Shown here in pieces: positions 1 to 9,763 of a stretch of DNA of 64,000 nt (the stretch's first letter is position 1; each line of letters opens with the position of its first letter). Source of the stretch: Blastocladiella emersonii ATCC 22665 (lineage: Eukaryota; Fungi; Blastocladiomycota); assembly GCA_025594325.1 (NCBI GenBank), contig JANHCV010000003.1, positions 1,860,001-1,924,000 on the forward strand, in the 5' to 3' direction. The translations under genes were made by a program, and so were the position numbers. The notes beneath the pieces were generated by a model, which worked only from the letters and a program-made list of their open reading frames with translations, did no database searches and had not been told where the DNA came from.

Positions 1-355
1 TGAATGTACTGCGACAGCCCAGTGTGACTCAAACCACGCCAGCGGCGAGAAGCGGCCATCGGCGCACGCGTCAAGGGCGCCGTCTCGCCCGAACACGACA
101 GACATAAAGTATAAGCGCAGATCCACGGGAGGCAAAGTTTGCATCGAGTCTTTCATGTCCCTCGCGCGGGGAGTGCATCGCAGGGGGAGACTCGGAGGAG
201 GGACGCGACGCGAGGCGATCAGCAGCGGCCCACGCTTCCGCCGCTCCCTCTGAACACGCGCTTCGCACCGCGATCTGCTCGCGCTCTCCCTTCCGCTCTG
301 GCCACGACATGGAACCAACACCAAAAATATAATGTAACAAGTACTTGCACAAAAC

Positions 356-1327
356 TTATGCCCGAGGCCGCTTCGGCGGGCCCGCCCCGTACTGGGCCGC
401 GCCCGAGTCATCAGGTGCGGCGCGTTTGCCATGACCCGCGGCGCGAGAGCCCTCGCCCGGACTGCTCGCGCCCGCGAATGCCGCGCTTCCACCGCCACGA
501 GTCCTGGGAAACTGCACTGCGGGGAGAGGGGGCTGCTGGGGAGGAACGGCCGCGTAGGTGGCGCACGCCGCCTGCATGTCTGCCACGCTCCCCGTCTCCT
601 CTTGCCCGACAGCCGATGCCGTACCCGTCTGCATGCCGCCCTTGATGGACTGCAGCACTTGTTGGCTGCCCTCCTGGCTCTGCCGCATGGCTGCGACTTG
701 ACGACCACGCTGGGACTCCTCCTCCAATACTTGCGCGTATGCTCGCGCCGCAGCTTCCTTGGCCCTCGCCTCCATCTCGCGCCGATCCATCGGTACTCGC
801 CGATCTTCGTCCCCGAGCGACCGATCCGTGGCAGCGACGGGAGGCGGCGGTTCCACAGCACGGGGAGGGAGGGAACTGGACGCGTGCGGCGCGTGCGTGC
901 TGCGCCGAGGTGCGCTGTGGGCGGCAGGGATAGGAGGCGGTGGGACCATGGTCGGGATCCGAGTAGGCGTGAACGAAGGGCGGTCGGGCGGGTGCTGCGA
1001 AGATGATGAGGCAGCAGGCGGTTGTGGTGCGATCTCGGCGGGGCCTCCTGCGTACGGCTGCGGGGACGAGTCCTGCTGCAGGTGCTGCTGCTGCGAGTGT
1101 TGAAACGGGTGCGCGAGTGCAGCGGGACGGGCCGGTACATGGCTAGGGACAAACATGGAGCCCGACGACTGCGAGAAAATCTTCTCTAGCTCCTCCGCGT
1201 CTTCAGCGGACGCGAAAGTACTGTGAGGCGACGACGCGCGGGGCGCGTTCTCGAAGTTGTCTGCGAGCGGCGAGTATCCTGCATCAGCGATGTCAGGCGG
1301 GGCGTTGTATACGTAATTGGGCAACAT
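356..1327 (-). CDS. Hypothetical Pro/Gln/Ala/Ser-rich protein (~323 aa), no recognisable domain
   Basis: Open frame 356-1396. First ATG is at 1327 (MLPNYVYNAPP...) and TAA is at 356-358, followed by an AT-rich 3'-UTR-like tract. An alternative start is Met at 1156. Confidence 0.5.
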   Translation of the reverse strand: MLPNYVYNAPPDIADAGYSPLADNFENAPRASSPHSTFASAEDAEELEKIFSQSSGSMFVPSHVPARPAALAHPFQHSQQQHLQQDSSPQPYAGGPAEIAPQPPAASSSSQHPPDRPSFTPTRIPTMVPPPPIPAAHSAPRRSTHAPHASSSLPPRAVEPPPPVAATDRSLGDEDRRVPMDRREMEARAKEAAARAYAQVLEEESQRGRQVAAMRQSQEGSQQVLQSIKGGMQTGTASAVGQEETGSVADMQAACATYAAVPPQQPPLPAVQFPRTRGGGSAAFAGASSPGEGSRAAGHGKRAAPDDSGAAQYGAGPPKRPRA

Positions 1328-2370
1328 GCACACGATCAGCGACGAGCTCCTGGAGCTGTTCAAGAACCCGAAGCTGCGCGCGCTTCTCGGTCTCACGCTC
1401 GAAAAGGAGGTGAGCCGCAGCGGTATGCAACGAGTTTCCCGTACAGCTGCGCTTTCCGTTGCTAACTCGCGACATCTCCCAACTAGGAAAAGCGTACTGG
1501 TGCATCACGGAAAAGGGCAAGCGCCGCCCCAAGTCGACGCCCGCGCACGAGTTCCAGTTCGACAGCATCAAGGGGAAGTCGCCGCTCACGGCCAAGGACT
1601 TCTGGAACAGCCAGTCCTCGCTGCTCAGCAGCAAGGGCATCGACTCGGAGACCAAGTTCGGCGAGTACATGGTCGAGGAGCCGCAGCGTTTCTTCGACCG
1701 CGGCGACAATATTGTGGTCAAGGGCTGGTCCGTGATCTTCGAGAAGCAGCAGCAGCAGCAGCAGCGCGACACGCACTCGCGCGGCGTCGTCTTCCAGGTC
1801 ATTCGCCTCGCCGAAAAGCGGCAGGCGCACAAGGCCAAGGTCGTGGTCGCCGCGTGGGCGGTGGTCCAGCGCTACGCCATCCTCGAGGGCGAGACGGACG
1901 AGTTCGAGTGCCAGCGGATCGACCTGACCTCAGATCTTGTTTTCGTCCCGGTCCTCGACGTCCTGCAGTCGTTCCACCCTGTTCACCACTGCACGAAGGA
2001 GACCACGTGTCACGCCGAGCACGGCCTGATCCCGCGCACGATGGAGCGCGAGACGTCGTACCAGTCGGGCTACCGTTTCGTCCACCAGGACGACAAGCGG
2101 TTCGTGATCAACCAATACCGATTCACCGAGCCGCTCCCCGCTTCGCCAAGGCTTCTTCTCGGCCTCAAGGGCTTCGAGTACGTCAACGGGCTCTACGAGC
2201 GCATGAAGAAGATCTCGGAAGAGATACAGGCGGCGGGGGCGGCGGCAACCGCGTCCGCTGCTGGTCACGCCTCAGCCGCGCACGCCGAAGTGGAAGCTGT
2301 TGTCGTGATTGGCCCAGACGACGAGATCGCGGACAGCGATGACGAGTCGGACATGGACGACGATGATTGA
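1326..2370 (+). CDS. Hypothetical 326-aa protein, 2 exons (1326-1422, 1487-2370); C-terminal HxC..C..ER..H..N motif reminiscent of fungal CACTA/EnSpm-like transposase tails
   Basis: Intron 1423-1486 (GTATGC...GCTAAC...CTAG) joins MHTISDELL...RSG to KAYWCITE in frame. Codons are GC3-rich and the protein ends in an acidic DDDD tail. The transposase resemblance is from memory only. Confidence 0.65.
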
Positions 2371-3062
2371 GTAGCAGGTTGAGCATATCGGAAGTTGTGT
2401 GTAATCGATACATGAGAGTTCTTTCCTCACTACCAGTGCATCATCGTTGCTTGCAGTTAGGGCGCTGACATGGTCATCGGTGGCCTTCAATGGAACATCT
2501 TGGACCGATCGCGTGAGGGGTTTCGTCACCTCGACGCGCTGACCTGCTCGCTCGCTTGCTCGCGGCCCCACTCCCTAGCATCACATGAGTGGCGCAACTC
2601 GTCGTCGTCGTCCCCGATGAACTCCCTTCTGCGCTCGAACCCTCACCGTCCGACCGGCGCAACTTGGCGCATTGTTGTCCACTACAGACACAACACCGGC
2701 TTGATCTGCCGTTAATCGCGAAGGCGAGGGTGGAGGGCCTCGTGGTGTGGGAGCGGTTCGCTTCAGCAAGCGCGTGAGGAGAAGTCGACAGTTGACCTCG
2801 AGAACATCTCCAACAATATCTTATGGTATCAGGCGAGACAAGGGTAGCCACAGGGAAGTCTTACTCCTTCATGTTACCTATGAGGATGGAGGTACTCACG
2901 GTATTCGGATAAGAGCGAGGATCAAGTGAGGGCTGAACCCGGGCAGAGTTTGCGCGATTCCTGACCTCGCCGGATCGAGATGAAAGTTGTACCATTCGCA
3001 TCGCACATGCGAGCTGAATCGAATGGTGGTGGCCACGAGTCATAATTCGGTGATTATATTAT

Positions 3063-3254
3063 GCCAGCTGTGTCCAGCTGGGGAGGTGATGCCAGCTGGC
3101 CCCAGCTGGGCCACGTCAGCGCCGGTGGCTGGGGACAGCTGAAGCCACTTCCCAGCTGGTCACAGCCGGGGGCGGCGCTTTTCCCAGCCGTCCACAACTG
3201 GCGCGGCTTTCCAGCTGGTTCCAGCTGCGACCTCCGATGGCGGGGTTGGTAGTG
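3063..3254. repeat. Cluster of 8 perfect CAGCTG palindromes (plus CAGCCG/CAACTG variants) with an internal inverted repeat, followed by TGGTAGTG
   Basis: CAGCTG at 3065, 3075, 3093, 3103, 3136, 3153, 3212 and 3222. 3063-3082 is a 17/20 inverted match to 3151-3170. TAGTG, the reverse complement of CACTA, is at 3250-3254. Confidence 0.85.
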
Positions 3255-3378
3255 TTGCTTGCCTCGGACTACGCTTAGCAACGCCTCGGCCGCCGAAGTT
3301 CGGTTGATGCCGTAATCAGGTGCTCCGGCGAGGCTTTCGTGTACGCATCGCCTGGTGCTCGAGCTGCCCGGCGCCGAG

Positions 3379-3389
3379 TATAAACGCGT
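3379..3389 (+). promoter_or_regulatory. TATA box overlapping an ACGCGT (MluI/MCB-like) site upstream of ADH
   Basis: TATAAACGCGT lies 86 nt upstream of the ADH ATG. Confidence 0.5.
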
Positions 3390-3464
3390 GGTCGGCCCGT
3401 GAGGGGGATGGTCGATCATCAGCTCAGTCTCTCAACAACAATCCCACCCCGCAACACTTCCACC

Positions 3465-4556
3465 ATGCTCGCTGGCAACAACATCGCTGGCAACAACATC
3501 CACACCGTCTCCGCCGATGCGCGCAAGATCACCGGCTACGCCGCGCTGTCCCCTGGCGCCGAGCTCGTGCCCTTCACCTACGACGCGCCGGCGCTCGGGC
3601 CCAACGACGTCGACATCCAGGTCACGCACTGCGGCGTGTGCCACTCGGACCTGTCGACGCTCGACCAGGGCTGGGGCCCGAGCAAGTTCCCGCTGATCGT
3701 CGGCCACGAGGTGGTCGGCGTGGTGGCGGCCGTGGGCTCGAATGTGACGCACCTCAAGGTCGGCGACCGCGCGGGCATCGGCGCGCAGTGCGGCTCGTGC
3801 CACTCGTGCTCGTCGTGCATCAACGGCGTCCACCAGGTGTGCAACCAGGGCGTGTACACTTACAACTCGCCCAACGACCACCCGAACGGCCGCGTCGCGT
3901 ACGGCGGGTACGCCGAGGCGATCCGCGCGCCCGCCGAGTTCGCCTTCAAGATCCCCGACGGCCTCGACAGCGCCAAGGCCGCCCCGCTCCTGTGCGCGGG
4001 CATCACCGTGTACGCGCCGCTCAAGCGGTACATGACGCCCGGTGCGCGCGTCGGCGTCGTGGGCATTGGCGGCCTCGGCCATCTCGCCGTCCAGTTTGCC
4101 AAGGCGCTCGGCGCGTCCGAGGTGGTCGCCCTGTCGACGTCGACGCGCAAGCAAAAGGACGCGGCGGCGCTCGGCGCCACCAAGTTCGTGGTGCTCGACT
4201 CGCCCGCGGCGTTCCAGGCCAACGCCGAGTCGCTCGACGTGATCCTGTGCACGGCGTGCTCGCACGAGATGCCGTGGGACGCGTACATCTCGCTCGTCGC
4301 GCCCGGCGGCAAGTTCGTGGTCGTTGGCATCCCAGAGGACTCGATCAGCATCAACCTCGCCAGTCTCATCATTCGCCAGCGCGCCCTGATCGGGTCCCTC
4401 ATTGGTAGTCGCGGCGAGATCATGGAGATGCTCGAGTTTGCTTCCAAGACCGGTGTTGCTCCCTGGATCGAGAAGATGCCCATGTCCGAGGTCAACACGG
4501 CCGTTGCGCGGCTCCGCAAGAACGACGTGTCGTACCGCTTCGTGCTCGAGAACTAA
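3465..4556 (+). CDS. Zn-dependent NADP(H) alcohol dehydrogenase, cinnamyl-ADH family (Adh6/YahK-like), 363 aa, intronless
   Basis: Catalytic Zn motifs CGVCHSD and GHEVVG, structural Zn motif CGSCHSCSSC...C, Rossmann GIGGLG, NADP-type STSTRK, and C-terminal YRFVL. Confidence 0.95.
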   Translation: MLAGNNIAGNNIHTVSADARKITGYAALSPGAELVPFTYDAPALGPNDVDIQVTHCGVCHSDLSTLDQGWGPSKFPLIVGHEVVGVVAAVGSNVTHLKVGDRAGIGAQCGSCHSCSSCINGVHQVCNQGVYTYNSPNDHPNGRVAYGGYAEAIRAPAEFAFKIPDGLDSAKAAPLLCAGITVYAPLKRYMTPGARVGVVGIGGLGHLAVQFAKALGASEVVALSTSTRKQKDAAALGATKFVVLDSPAAFQANAESLDVILCTACSHEMPWDAYISLVAPGGKFVVVGIPEDSISINLASLIIRQRALIGSLIGSRGEIMEMLEFASKTGVAPWIEKMPMSEVNTAVARLRKNDVSYRFVLEN

Positions 4557-5671
4557 GGCTCTCTACCTTAAGTTTGTGCACCCTTTTCCCCTCCATTGTT
4601 TATATAATCACCTCCTACTTGATCATTCGTGTCATGGCCCGACCGCGAGACGAGCTGCGAGACGCGTTGAACAATCATGTGATCTCGGGCCACGCGTGAG
4701 AACCGGCTGCGCCTCCTCCTGCCGCACGTCACCCTCGCCCTTCGCGTGCTGCGCATTCCGCGTCCGGCTCCCTCCCTCTCCGCAGCGAATAAATCATGGA
4801 GCTTCACATGAATGAAACCGCCAGTGCATGCAACGAGCGCGCGGCTGCGGGCATCACCCGTCCATCACGGTGAGCGGGCAGGAACGCGCCGTACCCGGTC
4901 CATACCTCCATACTGAGCTGCTTCTCTCGCACGATGCCCTCGCTGAGCTACCGCTGTGCTCCTCACCGAGCATCCACGACGCGGACGACGACGACGCGCT
5001 GCGCCGCGCGGGCCCTCGTCGGCGGGTAAACCCCAGCGCCGCCGGCGCGAGTGGCGGCGCACTGGCTCGACCAATGGTTTCATGCGGGCGTGACTCCCTC
5101 GCCCGGTGGCTGCGATTATCGTGCTTGGCAAGCCACGCGGGCGCCACCATCCTGGCAACCGTCCACCTGAATCTCGATGGGAGTGACGGGCGCCGGCCGC
5201 GAACGGCATCGAATGACCGCGATTATAACCTTTTACCGCCGGATATTACGAGATATGATGCCGATTATGATCCGGGCCATGGCCGAGTGAGCTGGGTGGG
5301 ATTTCAGCGCGGAACAGCGGCTATCTTTGACTCCCGCCTCGCTCCGATCGGACCCGCACCGCTGCTGCCCTGCCCTGCCCACCCTCCGACCGGCCCGACT
5401 CTTTCTCTCCTCCCCTCCTCCCCCTCCTACGCGCCGCTCTTTGCCGTATCACCGCCGTCCGCCGACCTCCGTCAAGCTCACCCCTTGCCCGCCACCGTCG
5501 CCGATCCCGTCGCCTGACCCAACTTTCGCCGTCCCGCAAGTTCGCTCACGCCACCAAACCCGACCTCTCAAGTCGTACGTTGCTCATATCCTCCCCTCTG
5601 TGCTGCGTAGGCGCGGATCGACAGCCTCCCTCTCCCTCCCCGCCCCACGCTCGACGTCCTCTCCCTCTCCG

Positions 5672-5869
5672 ATGGCTCGCCCGCCTCCTCGTGCCGACTC
5701 CTGCTCCCCGATCGGCAGGCCACTCGCCCGCCCGCCAGCCACCCCGTGCGCGACCGACCGCGCCACTCGGTGCGGCGGCGGCGGCCGACCTCCCGTCACG
5801 GCGCGAGCAACACGTCGCGTCGCATGCTGCTGCAGCGGCAGCAACGACTACGTGTTCGCGCTGTGTTGA
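5672..5869 (+). CDS. Candidate upstream ORF 1 (65 aa, ends ...CCCSGSNDYVFALC) in the AdoMetDC 5' leader
   Basis: ATG 5672 to TGA 5869. It lies between candidate leader introns 5575-5610 (GTACGT..CTCAT..TAG) and 5871-6140 (GTCGGT..CTAG). The terminal codons are gene-like (aac gac tac gtg ttc gcg ctg). Confidence 0.45.
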   Translation: MARPPPRADSCSPIGRPLARPPATPCATDRATRCGGGGRPPVTARATRRVACCCSGSNDYVFALC

Positions 5870-6264
5870 GGTCGGTTTGCTGTTTCACGCACGGTCCAGC
5901 TCGGTGGGTTGGGTCGGGCCGGCCTCCCTTCTTTTGCGTTCCGCCTCCGCCCCCTGCTTCCGCCACCGCCACCCTGCGAACCACGGCCACAGACCGACCT
6001 CCGGCCTTGCAAACCGCCGACCACCTCCAACTGACGACCGCTTGCGTCGACTCCCCACTCCTCTCCCTCCTCGCCGACCTCAGCCTCCTCCTCGACAACC
6101 CGTCACCGACCCCGCTCTCGATCTCTCTCTACCTTCCTAGCCGACAAACTCGATCCGATCCTTGGCCTCGGCCCTCCCCTCCCCCACCCACCACGCACTC
6201 AGCACCGCCCCTCCGCTCCCCCGCTCGCCCCTTGCCCTCCCAAAGGCTTGAGTGTGCCCAGTGC

Positions 6265-6369
6265 ATGACCCCGCGCCCCAAGGTCATCCGCTCCTCGTCG
6301 CTCCCCCTCGCCGTCCTCGCCCTGCTCCTTGCGCTCTACTTTTGCGCATCGGCATCACCTGTTCGATAG
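6265..6369 (+). CDS. Candidate upstream ORF 2 (34 aa, MTPRPKVIRSSSLPLAVLALLLALYFCASASPVR), in frame with AdoMetDC
   Basis: ATG 6265 to TAG 6369, which is 96 nt before the SPE2 ATG. The frame stays open from 6370 into SPE2. Confidence 0.4.
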   Translation: MTPRPKVIRSSSLPLAVLALLLALYFCASASPVR

Positions 6370-6465
6370 TTGACCCTCTCCGTCCGCCGTCACCACCATC
6401 AGCTCGCGATCTCCATCGCCACCACCCTCTCCACCACCACCAAAACCCCCTTAACCCCGCTAGCC

Positions 6466-8280
6466 ATGTCGTTCGAGGGCGCCGAGAAGCTTCTCGAGAT
6501 CTGGTTCCACGCCGCCGGCGACTCGGACCACGCCGCTGGCCGCCTCGACGCCAACAACCACAATAATAGCCCGCAGCCCCCGCGAATGTTGTCGACACCG
6601 CGCTCCGCGGTGCCGGCCGCCGTCCTCGCCACGGCCGCTGCCACCGCCGCGGGCGACCAGCAGCTCGCTACCCCGGCCCTCTCGGACAACGAGGAGGACG
6701 GCGACGCCGCCGCCGGCATCAACCCGTCGGCCGCCAAGAAGCGCCGCGTCGAGGCCGCCGAGGTCGCCGACGCCGTGGCCCTCGCTGACGCCGTGGCCCT
6801 CGCTGCCGCCGCCTCGGGCAAGCGCGGCCTGCGCACCATCGACCGCGAGACCTGGCAGGGCATGCTGGACCTGGTCAAGTGCCAGATCCTGAACGTGATC
6901 CACAACGAGCACTGCGACGCGTACCTGCTGTCCGAGTCGTCGCTGTTCGTGTTCGCGAACCGCCTGATCCTCAAGACGTGCGGCACCACGACGCTGCTGC
7001 TCGCGCTGCCGCGTATTCTGGAAATGGCCCGCTCGCTGTGCGGGTTCGACGTCATCGACAAGATCTTCTACTCGCGCATGTGCTTCCAGTTCCCCGAGAA
7101 GCAGCACTGGCCGCACTCGAGCTGGGACCACGAGGTCGAGATACTCGACGGCCTCCTCGTCGGCGGGTCCTCGTACGTCCTCGGCAAGACCAACGCCGAC
7201 CACTGGTACCTCTACGTCGCCGGCGAGCAGCTCGTCCCCAAGGGCGTCAACGGGATCTGCCCGACCACGCGTGCCCTCGTCGGCAGCCCCGCCAAGCAGC
7301 AGGACGCCACGGGCGGTGGTGGTGGCGTGGTCCTGCACGGCACCGCGGACGGCGCCGACGGCGAGCGCGCGGCCGAGGACGGCGCGGCGCTCGGCATCGT
7401 CGAGACCGAGGACGCCCACGCCAACCTGGCGGCGCTCACGGCGCATGGGACCGACCCGCCCGATCTGCTTGCGTGCGTCGGCAGCCGCGCTCCGCCTCCG
7501 GGCGGGGCTGCGGCCGCGACGGCCGGTGGCGCCGACCTCGACGACGACACGGCGTCGGCGACGGGCTCGGTGACGTCGTCGGTGGCGTCGGCGGCCAGCT
7601 GCTCGACGTGCAGCAGCTCGGCGGTCGTCGAGGACCGCACGCTCGAGATGCTCATGACGGGGCTCGACCAGGCGCAGATGAAGAAGTACTTTTTCCAGGA
7701 GGGCAACGCGCACCTCGGCGACGGCACGCGCAACCACATCGAGGCGGCGACGGGGCTCGACAAGCTCATGCCCGGGTGTATCTCGGACTCGTTCCTGTTC
7801 TCGCCGTGCGGGTGGTCGCAGAACGCGCTGCTCGGCGAGTACTACGGCACCTTCCACGTCACGCCCGAGGAGTCGTGCTCGTACGCGTCATTCGAGACCA
7901 ACGTGCCGCTGAGCACCGTTTCCGAGGACGAGGACGAGGTCCTGACCGGCAAGTCGACGCCCAACCCGTACACGTACCGCGCCATGACGCGCCGCGTGCT
8001 CGACGTGTTCCGCCCGACCAACGTCACGCTGACGCACTTCTCCAACGACGTCGGCGTGCACCCGTCGCCCGTGCCGCCCACGCTCCCGCTCGTCCAGCTC
8101 GACGGGTACCGGCTCGTCGACATCTCGGTCAACGTGCTCCCGCACTACCACCTCTTCTACTGCCACTACGTCCGCGAGTGCCCCGACACGGGCAAGGCCA
8201 TCAAGCCCAAGCGCGCCCGCCGCGCCCTCCGCCGCGCGCCCGTCGTCGCGGCGGCTCCCGCTGTCCAGCAGCAGCAGTGA
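6466..8280 (+). CDS. SPE2: S-adenosylmethionine decarboxylase proenzyme (604 aa, intronless, two large low-complexity insertions)
   Basis: Motifs FEGAEKLLEIWF, the self-cleavage site YLLSE|SSLFV, LKTCGTT, TLEMLMTGLD, FSPCGWSQN and HVTPEESCSYASFETN. Confidence 0.97.
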   Translation: MSFEGAEKLLEIWFHAAGDSDHAAGRLDANNHNNSPQPPRMLSTPRSAVPAAVLATAAATAAGDQQLATPALSDNEEDGDAAAGINPSAAKKRRVEAAEVADAVALADAVALAAAASGKRGLRTIDRETWQGMLDLVKCQILNVIHNEHCDAYLLSESSLFVFANRLILKTCGTTTLLLALPRILEMARSLCGFDVIDKIFYSRMCFQFPEKQHWPHSSWDHEVEILDGLLVGGSSYVLGKTNADHWYLYVAGEQLVPKGVNGICPTTRALVGSPAKQQDATGGGGGVVLHGTADGADGERAAEDGAALGIVETEDAHANLAALTAHGTDPPDLLACVGSRAPPPGGAAAATAGGADLDDDTASATGSVTSSVASAASCSTCSSSAVVEDRTLEMLMTGLDQAQMKKYFFQEGNAHLGDGTRNHIEAATGLDKLMPGCISDSFLFSPCGWSQNALLGEYYGTFHVTPEESCSYASFETNVPLSTVSEDEDEVLTGKSTPNPYTYRAMTRRVLDVFRPTNVTLTHFSNDVGVHPSPVPPTLPLVQLDGYRLVDISVNVLPHYHLFYCHYVRECPDTGKAIKPKRARRALRRAPVVAAAPAVQQQQ

Positions 8281-8462
8281 GCGACCTCCGCGGTCGCCTC
8301 GTTTGTGAGCAGAGCGACGGCCGCCGTGCGTCGCTCGCTCCCCCTTTGTCGTTTGTTTCCCTTTCGTTATCGTTTCGCAGTGCCCTCGGATCCGACCCGA
8401 GGATGATTTGTCTCTTTCCTTCGTCAACATGATCTAATTTGCTTTCCCACCATCACCACACG

Positions 8463-9763
8463 CTAGTTCCCCTTCCACGTCCCGTAGAAGAGATGCTGCA
8501 CGAGCGCCTCGGGATCCCCGATCTCGCGGGCGCCCATATGCCCGATGCCCGGACTGAACGCCGTGATGGGCAGAATTGCGACGTCGTCGAACCACCGCGG
8601 CTCGTTCATCATGTGCATGGTCTCGAACCGCGTATCGCCGAACGTGCCCGCGTACCGCAGCACCTCGTCGGTGACGACCGCGGGCCCCGTGAGCTCGACG
8701 ATCCGCTTCGTGATATCCGCGGGCCACCGCCCGCCGCCCTCACGGAACGTCGCGCGCACCTTGCGCGCCGTCGCGTGCAGCATCGCCGCGACCGCCGGGT
8801 GCCCCGGCGCGGCCGCCACGGTCCACGAGCACAGCTGGAACTGCCGCGAGTACCAGTCGGCCCAGTCCGCGCGCGTCGTGTCCGTCTCGACGCCCACCAC
8901 GAGCCCCGCCGTCGCGTTCGCACCGCCGGGAACCGTCCCCGCCGGCCACGCGCGCACGGGCTTCAGCGGACACGCGTCGATGTCGGCGTACACGCCGCCG
9001 ACGACCGCCAGAATCATGAGCCGCAGCCAGTCCGCGCGCATCACGGGCTTCGGCAGCGCCGCGTACAGCGACGCGAGGTGCGGGAAGTGCTCGCGCACCA
9101 GCGCGTCCGCGTCCGCGTCGCGCCACATGAGGGTTGGCAGGGTGCCGTCGTTCAGCGAACTCCACTGCGCGTGGCAGGTGAAGGCCGTCGCGGGAGGCGA
9201 GCCGCCCAGCCAGATGCTGTGCACCATCCCCGGGATGCCGGCGGGGTGCGAGGTCGAGGAGTTGGCGGACGCGGCGAGGTGCGCGTCGCGCAGGGAGAGC
9301 GCGCGGCGGTACACGTCGGCGCCCTCGATGCTCGGGGCCGCGGACCCGGGCGGCGCGCCGGCGGCTGGTGGTGCAGCGGCGGCCGGCGGTGGTGGCGATG
9401 GCGGAGCGGCGGGCGGGCCCGACGACGCAGGCACGCCCGAGTGGTGGTCGACAGGGACGCGGTTTGGCGCGGGCGGCGGGTACAGACGCGTCGGCGGCGG
9501 CGGCCGTGTCGCTCCACCCGTCGTCGTCGCGCAGCCCGTCTCGGACACGATGGCCGCAGGCGCGTCGCCCCCACCGTTGAGCACCGGCGCGCCCTTTGTC
9601 ACCGTGTGGACTACCGCACGCTCGCAAAGTCAGCGTGGGAAGCGGCCGTCTCAGGAGAAGGTGAACGCGGCGTACCGGCGAGGAACACGAGGGCCGCAAC
9701 GGCCAGGATGACCAGCAGCGTGGTCGGGTCGCGCTTGCGCGTGGGCTGTGCATGCGTTCTCAT
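8463..9763 (-). CDS. GT32 family alpha-mannosyltransferase (Och1/Hoc1-like), type II membrane protein, 411 aa, 2 exons (9763-9676, 9610-8463)
   Basis: N-terminal anchor LLVILAVAALVFLA, intron 9611-9675 (GTACGC..GCTGAC..TAG), Pro-rich stem, and motifs IPGMVHSIW, RADWLRL, GGVYADID (DxD), QFQLCSWT, ELTGPAVVT and HLFYGTWK. Confidence 0.9.

Noticed and set aside
2372-3050. Short ORFs between the transposase-like gene and the CAGCTG array
   Set aside because: No coherent frame, splice pattern or codon bias.
3465-4556. Recent bacterial HGT of the intronless ADH
   Set aside because: Several native genes here (SPE2, RRB1, SWC5) are also intronless, and GC and codon usage match the neighbours. Without a phylogeny there is no evidence for transfer.
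4828-5517. 229-aa ORF upstream of the SPE2 leader
   Set aside because: Promoter-like, pyrimidine-rich sequence with no codon bias or motif.
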